Below are positions 51,431 through 60,408 of a stretch of 64,000 nt of DNA, in pieces. Position numbers and translations under genes: made by a program. The notes under the pieces were generated by a model, which did no database searches, was not told the DNA's origin, and worked only from the letters and a program-made list of their open reading frames with translations. Position 1 is the first letter of the stretch; each line of letters begins with the position of its first letter. Source of the stretch: Schizochytrium sp. TIO01 (Eukaryota; Protista; Bigyra: Labyrinthulomycetes); contig SMSO01000032.1 of the NCBI GenBank assembly GCA_004764695.1, forward strand, positions 5,736,483 through 5,800,482, written 5' to 3'.

Positions 51431-52414
51431 ATGGTGGCTGTCATTGTTTTCGACCTCGAAACAACAGGATTTTGCCCCATGCCTCTTATTTCAAACTACC
51501 ATAGGGTAGTACAAGTTGCTGCCACTCGAATTGATACTGACGTCAATCTACATTTCTCAACATTTGTGAACCCTGAGATGCTGATCCCACCTCAGAGTAG
51601 TAAAATCCACCGGATTACAAATGAATTAGTTAAGGATGCCCCATGCTGGGCTGATGCTGTTGATAAAATGATGCTCGAACTAGACCTTGACACTCAATCT
51701 GAGATTCTCATGGTTGCTCATAATGCAACCCACTTTGACGAGATTATTTTCCGAAAGGAATGTCTCCGTGACCCACCACGGATATATTTGAATAATCTTA
51801 CATTCGGCGACTCCCTTCCAGCTGTTCGCAAACTGTATCCCGGGTGGGAGTCTTATCGTCTCGAGGATGTACATCGGAAGTTGTTCGGGACTGGTATAGA
51901 TGAAGCGCATCGTGCAGATGCTGATGTAGATGCACTGGTTCACATTGTGAAGTACATGATTGATACTTGGGGTATCAACGTACTTACTCCATTCACACTA
52001 ACAGATTCTCACCATGTAAGTGATATGCGTTTCTTTGGAGTGTATAGGTCACAAAAATGTTATGAAACAACAGGCGCTAGTACAATTGGAGAACTTCGTA
52101 GTGTGCTGAGAGCAGATGCTTGGAAATACAGAATTAGAGAGTGGATGCAGTGTGACATTGGCATAGGGGATATCACTGCGCAACTTACCATAATTTCCCA
52201 GCTTTCACAAATCCCACTACACCTGGGTCCACAACTTATTAACATTCTCTTTCCAGGCTCTACACTTAGGAGGCATACAGCGCGCTACGAGGACTGCTTA
52301 AATGATGTTGATTACTATATAAAGAAAAGGTACGTTGATCAAGGTTGTTCCAAAAATATGACTATCTATTTGCGCGGTCTTCATAAATGTTTTCATCAAA
52401 TTAAAGAATTTTAG
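51431..52414 (+). CDS. DEDDh 3'-5' exonuclease (DnaQ-like)
   Basis: VFDLETTG, IHRIT, VAHNATHFD and AHRADAD motifs. Confidence 0.9.
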   Translation: MVAVIVFDLETTGFCPMPLISNYHRVVQVAATRIDTDVNLHFSTFVNPEMLIPPQSSKIHRITNELVKDAPCWADAVDKMMLELDLDTQSEILMVAHNATHFDEIIFRKECLRDPPRIYLNNLTFGDSLPAVRKLYPGWESYRLEDVHRKLFGTGIDEAHRADADVDALVHIVKYMIDTWGINVLTPFTLTDSHHVSDMRFFGVYRSQKCYETTGASTIGELRSVLRADAWKYRIREWMQCDIGIGDITAQLTIISQLSQIPLHLGPQLINILFPGSTLRRHTARYEDCLNDVDYYIKKRYVDQGCSKNMTIYLRGLHKCFHQIKEF

Positions 52415-53225
52415 ACTCTTTTCTACCTTCAATATAGTTCATAAGGGAAACCTTGGACGTGTTCGTCACAAACGCAATGCTATCCACATTGGACTTATCT
52501 CTGCCCATGTATTCGAATAAAGTCAATGCGAGGACGGTGTAGGATCCCAAGGAACCATTCTTCCGAGTATTTCCAAGGAAGAGTTCCCTAATCTGTCGCT
52601 CATCACGGAACTCAAGCCCCAAGAACGTACGAATATATGGGATGCTTCTGGTAACAAGAGAGCGTTGGGAAATGCCAGTGTGCTTGCAAAAGCGTCCGAT
52701 GCTTTTGCTAATCTTTTCGATACCAAGAATCTCCTCCATTTCTTTTATATTTGCGTGACGACCGATGCTGTTTCGGACGATGACAATTGCAGCAACAATC
52801 ATCTGGTCTGTTCCTTTATTTCTAAACATCTTTGGATACTTTTTAAGTAACAGCAGTGTTCGACTAAATACTCGATCATCTTCACCCAACTGATCCACAT
52901 AATGACGCAATTTGGCTATGTTTCTTTTCTCAGTGGCTTCATCCCGAAAAACCCTGTCCATCATGTGACTATGAGCAGTTTTCTCTTGTTTGTGTTCAGG
53001 CGACTCATTTTTACTAACTTGAGGAGCATGGTAGAAGCCACGTAAGTTGCTATTATAACACGAAGCAACAATTGCTCGTTTTCCACGCTCTACGCGGTAG
53101 TTAAAGTTACGGACAACAACTCCACAGTATCGACAGATGGTATCATCTGTCCGTGAGTCGTGAACGAATTGATTCTCTGCGCGTTGACAGTTCTCACACG
53201 CAAGAGATTCTAAGATACTAGACAT
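52401..53225 (-). CDS. TFIIB: Transcription initiation factor TFIIB
   Basis: N-terminal zinc ribbon CENC...D....ICRYCGVV followed by cyclin-fold-like helices. Confidence 0.8.
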   Translation of the reverse strand: MSSILESLACENCQRAENQFVHDSRTDDTICRYCGVVVRNFNYRVERGKRAIVASCYNSNLRGFYHAPQVSKNESPEHKQEKTAHSHMMDRVFRDEATEKRNIAKLRHYVDQLGEDDRVFSRTLLLLKKYPKMFRNKGTDQMIVAAIVIVRNSIGRHANIKEMEEILGIEKISKSIGRFCKHTGISQRSLVTRSIPYIRTFLGLEFRDERQIRELFLGNTRKNGSLGSYTVLALTLFEYMGRDKSNVDSIAFVTNTSKVSLMNYIEGRKESKIL

Positions 53226-53242
53226 GAGTTAGGGGTTTGGTG
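53226..53242 (-). promoter_or_regulatory. Recurrent motif before TFIIB: CACCAAACCCCTAACTC
   Basis: Directly abuts the ATG at 53225. Confidence 0.55.
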
Positions 53243-53254
53243 AACTTTATATCT

Positions 53255-53731
53255 TTATGCTAAATTAGAAAGTTGTGAATGCATGAAATTAATTATATCG
53301 CCATTAGGTTCTCTTAGATGAGCAACAATGGCAAGTCCGACAGAACCGTCTTCGCGTTTGAAGAGTTCATATTGCTGTTTAGATATAGGTGAAGTATGAC
53401 GTAATGATACACGGAACGACTTACGTTTCCTTAGGATATCCCATAACATATTTCCAATAGGAACCTTTCTGCGACAATAGAGACACTTGTATCGTACATC
53501 ATTCATCGATACGCCTTTCCTAAATACTTCACACACCTTGAAGAAACAGTCATGGCATACATGGAATGTACACCCACCAGGACAATTGTCAATCACCAGA
53601 CTACATCGTCCCATGCATACTACACATTCCAACTTTTGCTTCTTTGCATTTGATGTGTTTGTTGAACCGATTTCACTTGCCGAAATTTTCTCCACTGCAG
53701 CATCTTCGTCCAACTCTCGCTTGGTTGCCAT
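53255..53731 (-). CDS. RING-finger protein (putative E3 ligase)
   Basis: CVVC...C...C.FH.CHDC...CLYCR pattern. Confidence 0.75.
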   Translation of the reverse strand: MATKRELDEDAAVEKISASEIGSTNTSNAKKQKLECVVCMGRCSLVIDNCPGGCTFHVCHDCFFKVCEVFRKGVSMNDVRYKCLYCRRKVPIGNMLWDILRKRKSFRVSLRHTSPISKQQYELFKREDGSVGLAIVAHLREPNGDIINFMHSQLSNLA

Positions 53732-53993
53732 AATCTCTCTTTGTCCGCACTATAAATCGCTGCGCAACTATCAGCTTGATACCACTGATTGGCAGAAGCA
53801 GATGTTGAACTTGCCCTCGGCCGATGATTAAGGGTCTGCTTGTCATATAAGTCAGGCAAGGGGTACAAGAATGATAAATCTACTTCAAATGTCCCAAGTT
53901 CATCGAATGGAGCCATGCTAGTTAGTACTGTGAGTGTATGTTACTAAGAGTCCAAAAATATTCAAATGAATGGTTAATATAATGAAGTGTTTG

Positions 53994-54479
53994 TTAGTCC
54001 AACCGACGCTTCTTGGTAGAATGATCAAGATAAAGCCGACCAATAATCCGCTTTGATCTGGAAGAATCACACTGGCTCTTTTTACTTCTTCCTACAATAC
54101 TATCATCTTCTTCATCACTTTCACAATGTACCTCATCATTTGTGTCAGACTCGTCCGATTCTTCTTCATTAAAATCAAATTCTTCTTCCGACACAGAGTC
54201 GCCCACATCACCATCCTCAAACTCGATATCTTCATCATCATCTTGCACAAATCCATCCTTAATAAATCCGTATTTAGTCGTTTCAAATTGCACACTGCAT
54301 TCCTGGCACTGTAGAGTATCTAAAATAGGCGTTTCCTTCTGACATGCTGGACATGTAATATAATCTACCTCCTCCTCATCATCTGTATTCTCAATAGAGA
54401 TCCCTTGATCATTTTCTGATTCAGAACTGCTGGATCCACACAAATCAAAAACATCGTCGTCTCCACCCAAGTCACTCAT
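53994..54479 (-). CDS. Acidic zinc-ribbon protein
   Basis: CPAC...CQEC within a D/E-rich context; ends KKRRLD. Confidence 0.7.
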   Translation of the reverse strand: MSDLGGDDDVFDLCGSSSSESENDQGISIENTDDEEEVDYITCPACQKETPILDTLQCQECSVQFETTKYGFIKDGFVQDDDEDIEFEDGDVGDSVSEEEFDFNEEESDESDTNDEVHCESDEEDDSIVGRSKKSQCDSSRSKRIIGRLYLDHSTKKRRLD

Positions 54480-54756
54480 AGTAGTACGTATCTGGCGAGA
54501 GTATTAAGGGTCTGCTGATAGTGCATTGTAATATATGCAAATTGTTCAACTCAGATTCCATTCCGCTACCATATCAAAATCCAATGTGAGTGTCTGTTCA
54601 ATCATCAGAATCTTTTTTTTGAAACTGGTTAGAAAGAACTTTTCCTTTGTTGTCAACGACGCAGCATCGTAACTTCCATGTTTCACTGAATAATACAATA
54701 GTATGAAAAGCAAAACCCTAACATCATTAAACATTTCTTTATCAGGTGTAAGGTCG

Positions 54757-55053
54757 ATGAGTGACACACCGACAATCTCCGATACATCATTCACACCTGT
54801 CAAGGAAGAACAATTTGATAACTTCTTCGTAAAACTTACAAGCTCCACAGGTACAGACTCTGAAGCCAGTGATTCTGATGATGATGATATGGACATATTT
54901 GATAAATCAATCTCTTGGTCTACTGACTCCGGTACTCTTCCATCAATTGATCATATAAAGGTTGAAACAAATAATGACCCCTTGGTACCTATAACAGTGA
55001 TTATTGATATCATTAAGAAGATTAACAACAGTGTTGCTATTATTCTTGCTTAG
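54757..55053 (+). CDS. Small acidic protein
   Basis: The recurrent motif at 54709-54722 favours ATG 54757 over 54703. Confidence 0.5.
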   Translation: MSDTPTISDTSFTPVKEEQFDNFFVKLTSSTGTDSEASDSDDDDMDIFDKSISWSTDSGTLPSIDHIKVETNNDPLVPITVIIDIIKKINNSVAIILA

Positions 55054-55192
55054 GCGAAGAAGATCGCCATCTTACATAGCTTGCGAATACACATGCCCAC
55101 ACAGAAAAAATAATAAATAACACAGGTACAATGATTAGACTTAAACCTACCAATAACTCTATCATATCAGACTCCTTCTCAACAACACGCAT
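55040..55192 (-). CDS. Small single-transmembrane protein (absent from the ORF track)
   Basis: MRVVEKESDMIELLVGLSLIIVPVLFIIFSVWACVFASYVRWRSSSPKQE*. Confidence 0.4.
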   Translation of the reverse strand: MRVVEKESDMIELLVGLSLIIVPVLFIIFSVWACVFASYVRWRSSSPKQE

Positions 55193-55276
55193 TCTTGCCG
55201 ATGAAATTATGGTAACACCCCCAATAAATATATATAGTATATATAGTTATGAATCAATAAAATTTCTTTAAACACC

Positions 55277-57097
55277 ATGATAGAGAAAAGAACAGAATAC
55301 AGTAACGATAGCTTCATCTTTAGGGACTTGCTGAAGGAGTTGTCTATAATCAACAATAGAGAAGAACGAGAAACTAAGTTCCGCTTTCGCCGCTTAATTG
55401 ACCGATATATACCAGAGACTCACCGAATGCAGCAGCTGGATAATACCGAAACAATTGATGATGAGAATGATATCAGTGGCACCTATGGAAACATGGATGA
55501 AACGATCTCGACCACCGGTCCCCAGGTCTTATGTCCAGGTGATCGGACGTTACAGTTGATTTTTCGTAATCTGGAACGCGTATTCCGATCACCGTCACAA
55601 GTGGAATTTCATAAGATGTTCACAGGTGCGATTCTTCGCCAAATCTATAAAGATGACTATAAAAAGCATTGTCATCGAGTGAAAAAGGAGTACGGTTTTG
55701 AATCGTTCAAACAATTAGTTCTCTTATGTTGTCCCAGACGTTTCGGTAAAACATGGTCGGTCTCAATGTGGACGCTGGTAATTGCTATCTGCCTGCCTGG
55801 TTCGCAAATTGCTATATTCAGTCCTGGTAGACGTCAATCCACAGCAATGATTAATCACATCTATAATTTCTGTAAAAAAATGGATGAGACTGATCGAGTG
55901 ATTCGTAGAAATGAAGAAAAAATGATTCTCCGCAGTGTCGATGGATCTGAATCGGTTATCAATGCTTACCCGAGTTGTGTACGCACACTAAAGGGTGTCT
56001 CAGGAAACATTCTTATCCTCGAGGAGATGGCAGTCATTGATACTGATATCATTTATGAAGTAGTTGCACCACTACTTATCATTGATGAAACCTCAATGAT
56101 TGGTATTTCCACCATCACTGGAGAGAACAACTACATGACAAAGTACCTTCAGCAAAGAGATAACAATGGAGAATTATTGTTTCATTCTAGGCACTTCTTC
56201 CTAGCATGTAATGCATGTATGGAGGCAGGGAAGGCAGCAAATTGCAAACATAACTCTTACATGTTACCCAATTGGTCCAGTCCGCGCAAGCGCCGTGTAA
56301 TCAACTGCATTATGGAGGGTCAAGAAATGCTTTTGAATCAGGAACTGGGTGGTATTGCTAGTTCAGTAAATGGACGTGCCTTTGCTGCGCATATGATTCA
56401 ACGCTGTTTCCAAAAGGATCCGTGGCATATTGAACCCAACGACTATTACCACCAAATTTTTGTATCCATTGATCCTAATGGTGCAGGAAAGAATTCAGAT
56501 TTCGCAATTACAACTATGCTTCGAATCGACGGAAAATATATTATTATTGGTATGGAGAGTTTTACAAGCAAAACCGCTGCTGAGAATCATGCATTGATCC
56601 TGCGCCATCTAAAGTCACTTGAAGCAAATCCTTGTTTCAAAAATGCACTCAAGGTGTTCATTATCGAGTCCAACTTGGGGCTGGAAAGCGAACACATCAA
56701 TCATATGCTCTACGATCGAGGCGTCAGTAACTTCTTGGTCATGAAGGAGAAGGAAAACACAGAGAAAATAGGCTTCTTAACGACCAACGGTCTCAAGAAT
56801 TTGGCAGTCGAACGGCTCCGAGAAGTTCTTGCAGAGGGGACTCTTCGGTTATGCCCCGATAAAGATTTGGTATGTATTTCAAGAGCCAAGTGGGAAATCA
56901 AAGAAATGCTCGAGAAACAAATGTCTGATTTCCAGGAAGTGGTCAAGGACAACTTTCAAAATGTTGGCCCCCCTCGAAAAATGTACAGTGGTAAGTCAGT
57001 TGGTAAGGATGATTTAATTATGACTTTACTACTCGGCATTTTCTGGAGCTCTGTATTCTTCAACGATGCCAGGTACCGTCAGTATCATACATACTAA
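55277..57097 (+). CDS. DNA packaging terminase large subunit (herpesvirus UL15-like ATPase-nuclease)
   Basis: CPRRFGKTW Walker A, ILILEE Walker B, IGIST, nuclease VSIDP, IESN and YSGK...DDL. Confidence 0.92.
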   Translation: MIEKRTEYSNDSFIFRDLLKELSIINNREERETKFRFRRLIDRYIPETHRMQQLDNTETIDDENDISGTYGNMDETISTTGPQVLCPGDRTLQLIFRNLERVFRSPSQVEFHKMFTGAILRQIYKDDYKKHCHRVKKEYGFESFKQLVLLCCPRRFGKTWSVSMWTLVIAICLPGSQIAIFSPGRRQSTAMINHIYNFCKKMDETDRVIRRNEEKMILRSVDGSESVINAYPSCVRTLKGVSGNILILEEMAVIDTDIIYEVVAPLLIIDETSMIGISTITGENNYMTKYLQQRDNNGELLFHSRHFFLACNACMEAGKAANCKHNSYMLPNWSSPRKRRVINCIMEGQEMLLNQELGGIASSVNGRAFAAHMIQRCFQKDPWHIEPNDYYHQIFVSIDPNGAGKNSDFAITTMLRIDGKYIIIGMESFTSKTAAENHALILRHLKSLEANPCFKNALKVFIIESNLGLESEHINHMLYDRGVSNFLVMKEKENTEKIGFLTTNGLKNLAVERLREVLAEGTLRLCPDKDLVCISRAKWEIKEMLEKQMSDFQEVVKDNFQNVGPPRKMYSGKSVGKDDLIMTLLLGIFWSSVFFNDARYRQYHTY

Positions 57098-57770
57098 CCG
57101 GTATATGACGATTGTCACCCAGACCTTAAAAAATAGAGAATGTAACAATTCAACCATGCAAACTGATAACATATTGGGGCGTAATAAAAGGACTTTTGCA
57201 GATCTACTAAATAACTCGAATCCCAATGATTTTGACTTGTGTGGCGGAGATAATGATGATATGGGGGGTGGCGCTAGTGTACGACCTATGCACTTCGAGG
57301 ACTTAACAGCTATCAAATTCAAGGACTGCTTCGCGTGCAAGTACATTAATGCAAACTCTATGAAAGACAATCCAGAATTCGTCAGCCTTATGCGCTTATA
57401 TTGTGATAACTCTGATACAGTCAGTGGTGATGCAATCTTCAGACTTGTCAAAGAACACTATGATCGCTATTGTAGACCACACATTCCACTTGAGGACAGA
57501 GAGTGGTCTCTAGAGTGCATCAAGGAACATTTTACAAGACACACTTCTTTCCCTACTGACGAATTGAACAAACAATTGAAGCTCCTTCGCTCGATACGAG
57601 ACAACATGATATCAACCGCCCTCATGGCGAATGAGGACGGTACAGAAGTTGAGCCTTGTAATAATAACATTAAAAACATTGTTGTTTTACAAAAGGAGAT
57701 TCGTGAAATCATGCAACTCAAGAATAAAATTAATACGATGGTAGGATATAATGAAACATTAGATTACTGA
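57066..57770 (+). CDS. Putative zinc-binding helical protein next to the terminase
   Basis: CFAC ... WSLECIKEHFTRH, then a coiled coil; the real start is probably a downstream ATG. Confidence 0.75.
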   Translation: MPGTVSIIHTNRYMTIVTQTLKNRECNNSTMQTDNILGRNKRTFADLLNNSNPNDFDLCGGDNDDMGGGASVRPMHFEDLTAIKFKDCFACKYINANSMKDNPEFVSLMRLYCDNSDTVSGDAIFRLVKEHYDRYCRPHIPLEDREWSLECIKEHFTRHTSFPTDELNKQLKLLRSIRDNMISTALMANEDGTEVEPCNNNIKNIVVLQKEIREIMQLKNKINTMVGYNETLDY

Positions 57771-58358
57771 TCTTTGGTCACTCGACGCTGATTTTTCACT
57801 ATAAGATAGTACACCGTGGGGAAGCTTTGGCAGATCATAGAAAGCATTTAAGTCATTATTCACCCTCGATTCTTCTAATAGTTCATCCGCAAGGTGTCTC
57901 ACTTCTTCTGTAATGGGTGTATCTATGGCATTTGACTTCAACATAGAATCGATTTGAATAGAGTCTAGAGTGCGCTCAATGATATCAATAGACTCGCCGT
58001 TTGACAGTGTACATTTTCCTAAAGAACTAAAAACAGAGACAAGTTCGTTGCTTAGCTCGTCAGTTTTAATAGCCTCATCTACCTGATACATTATAATACG
58101 CATCTTGAGAATAATTTTCAAGTAGCGTTCAGATGCTTTTTGCAAGTGTGCCAGGTGAACAGCGTATAACTCTGCCTCCGAGTTACGACCATTTTTGGTC
58201 AACGAATCAAGTACCTTTTTGTCCCTGATCATGTCACGCGTGGTTTCACCTCGTAACCTATCTAGACCTCTAATGAGGAGCTTAATTTTACTCTGACTCA
58301 TACAAAGGACATGGATGTTCTCTAGACGCTCCTGATCAGCACTTTTAGAAGCTCCCAT
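57759..58358 (-). CDS. ESCRT-III protein, Did2/CHMP1-like, with N-myristoylation motif
   Basis: MGASKS; G..SEAELYA...YLKI..KM..I..QVDEA; TP..EEV..L pattern typical of CHMP1. Confidence 0.6.
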   Translation of the reverse strand: MGASKSADQERLENIHVLCMSQSKIKLLIRGLDRLRGETTRDMIRDKKVLDSLTKNGRNSEAELYAVHLAHLQKASERYLKIILKMRIIMYQVDEAIKTDELSNELVSVFSSLGKCTLSNGESIDIIERTLDSIQIDSMLKSNAIDTPITEEVRHLADELLEESRVNNDLNAFYDLPKLPHGVLSYSEKSASSDQRSVI

Positions 58359-58421
58359 CTTTGTACAACTAAACTGATTGGTACACTTGAAATAGTATAT
58401 ACATTATAATAATAATAAAAT

Positions 58422-58784
58422 TTACTTATTGTCATCAACGAGTAGGAGAAGGTTATCAGTACTGGGAAATACACCCTCTTGAATGTTTCTCAAAAGAATA
58501 TTTCTGAGTCCACGGTTTCCAATGACACGAATAAACTCATCCTTGATGAGTTCAGGGTCACCATGGGTTTTAAACTTGACATAGAACCACCGACGAATTA
58601 AATCATAGAGTCGCAAGTGTGTAATGAGCATACTAAGGCGCTCCTCGCCACCCCATAGGTAATGAGACACAAGAAAACGCTGTTCCTCTTTTTCAAAGAG
58701 ACTTGGGATACTATCCAAGAATAGCTTATAATGTTCGAAGTCATGCTCCGCACTGATCTTGACGAGTAAATCATGGGGTGCCAT
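58422..58784 (-). CDS. Hypothetical protein
   Basis: 120-aa ORF preceded by the AAGCAAACCCAAAA motif. Confidence 0.65.
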   Translation of the reverse strand: MAPHDLLVKISAEHDFEHYKLFLDSIPSLFEKEEQRFLVSHYLWGGEERLSMLITHLRLYDLIRRWFYVKFKTHGDPELIKDEFIRVIGNRGLRNILLRNIQEGVFPSTDNLLLLVDDNK

Positions 58785-58815
58785 TCTTCTGGCCTATTTT
58801 GGGTTTGCTTCTAAG

Positions 58816-59811
58816 TTAGTGCTTGGAATTGTGTTTTGAATGCGACCTGGGTCGGTGCTTCTTCGCATGTACTGGCTTTTTATCACTCTCCTTCTTATGG
58901 TTTGCATAGGACTTGTTCTTAGTGATTTTGGAAGCATCCTTTGTGACTGACCGATCATCTTTAGAATCTTCCGAAACAGGCTCCAATGTTCCTAGCGCCT
59001 TCTTCATTTGTTCCAATTCAGCATCAGAAATTGTTTCTTGCCAAAATCTGGTATTGTTGATAGAATATTCTGGATCACCCCCCTTTACATAGGTAACAGC
59101 ATCACCAGGATGCAGGGCAAAGTTGTAGAACTGAAATAGACTAGCTTGAAAATTTTCAAGGCGAGACTGATTAGGGTTTGAACTCTCCATTAGCGTGTCT
59201 TGATTACAATACGAGTCATACAAAACAAATCCATACTTGCTCATTTCCTCACTCGATGCGAGGTAGTTGCGGAAACCTTCATATTGAGCAGCCTCAGTTG
59301 TATGACTCGTGCTATGCACAAAGTATACACGCCGCATTGACTTATCAGATGACTCGAGTACAATTGCATCATAACAATCAAATACTAGTCCCAGGATATA
59401 AAAATCGTCACCATCAGTATAAAACACTGGAACAATTAAACACTTCACCTTGTCTTGTTTCTGAGCCACACCAATCTCCTTTATGCGTTGTTTCACGTCC
59501 TCACCCAACTTATAATGTCCCGGATTCAGCTCGACATTTGCCTGCTTTAATAGTCGGTTCGTTGGCTTGGTATTTTTACTCATATAAATGACAAGCTTGC
59601 TCTCATGAAGGCCTTCACCTGGTAAACAGATATCTACCTCACCCTCACCAGCATCCGTTGAATCATGAAGAAACTTTTGAAGTTTACCCATCGACTTGAG
59701 TAAAGAATGATAGTCTGACATCAAGTCGACTTCACCAGCAGTAAATACATTGATGGGGTTTGCTCTACGCTGTTCATCATATGCCTCAATAACGCGCCGA
59801 AGTACATCCAT
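58816..59811 (-). CDS. Hypothetical protein with basic C-terminus
   Basis: 331-aa ORF. Confidence 0.75.
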   Translation of the reverse strand: MDVLRRVIEAYDEQRRANPINVFTAGEVDLMSDYHSLLKSMGKLQKFLHDSTDAGEGEVDICLPGEGLHESKLVIYMSKNTKPTNRLLKQANVELNPGHYKLGEDVKQRIKEIGVAQKQDKVKCLIVPVFYTDGDDFYILGLVFDCYDAIVLESSDKSMRRVYFVHSTSHTTEAAQYEGFRNYLASSEEMSKYGFVLYDSYCNQDTLMESSNPNQSRLENFQASLFQFYNFALHPGDAVTYVKGGDPEYSINNTRFWQETISDAELEQMKKALGTLEPVSEDSKDDRSVTKDASKITKNKSYANHKKESDKKPVHAKKHRPRSHSKHNSKH

Positions 59812-59895
59812 AATGCAAGTTCATGTAATCTATCAAAACAACTATCTATATATTTATAACAACGAGGATCCAAGACAAGTTATCAATCATCGAAT

Positions 59896-60408
59896 ATGCT
59901 TTCTGACAACGAGGAACAAGGTATTCTAATTCTAGGCAAAGCATACGTGCCTCGAATGGAAGACGACTACAATGGGACACTATTCAGATCTGATGAAGTT
60001 GATCATAATTTGTGCGCATCACTAAATGGACTGGATGTTCTCATTGAACACGATGAAGAAAATCCGGTCGGTAAAATTATTGATTCGTTTATAGATAAAG
60101 ATGGCTCGTTAATGACCTTCTTACACATTAAGGGAGATCCGGCATGTAACATGTTTCTACCCGAGAAACTTGCCATGGGATCAGGAAGAGATCCATCCAA
60201 ACGTTTTTTTAATGACCTTAGTCTAGGCCACGAAGTCGCATTCGAAGAGGTCAATGGTAGACTGAAAGTAGTTAGGAAAGTACCTCAAGAAGTTTCAATT
60301 GTACAGGTAGGCGACAATGAAGGAACGCATATTTCAGACTGGTGGTTTGTAAATGGTTCTTCGGAAAATATCAGATCAAAGTTTATTCCTAGTATCTTAA
60401 AAATTTAA
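59896..60408 (+). CDS. Capsid maturation protease (assemblin/HK97 prohead protease fold)
   Basis: LDVLIEHD...VGKI (His), DLSLGH (Ser), EVSIV..G...GT.I. Confidence 0.85.
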   Translation: MLSDNEEQGILILGKAYVPRMEDDYNGTLFRSDEVDHNLCASLNGLDVLIEHDEENPVGKIIDSFIDKDGSLMTFLHIKGDPACNMFLPEKLAMGSGRDPSKRFFNDLSLGHEVAFEEVNGRLKVVRKVPQEVSIVQVGDNEGTHISDWWFVNGSSENIRSKFIPSILKI

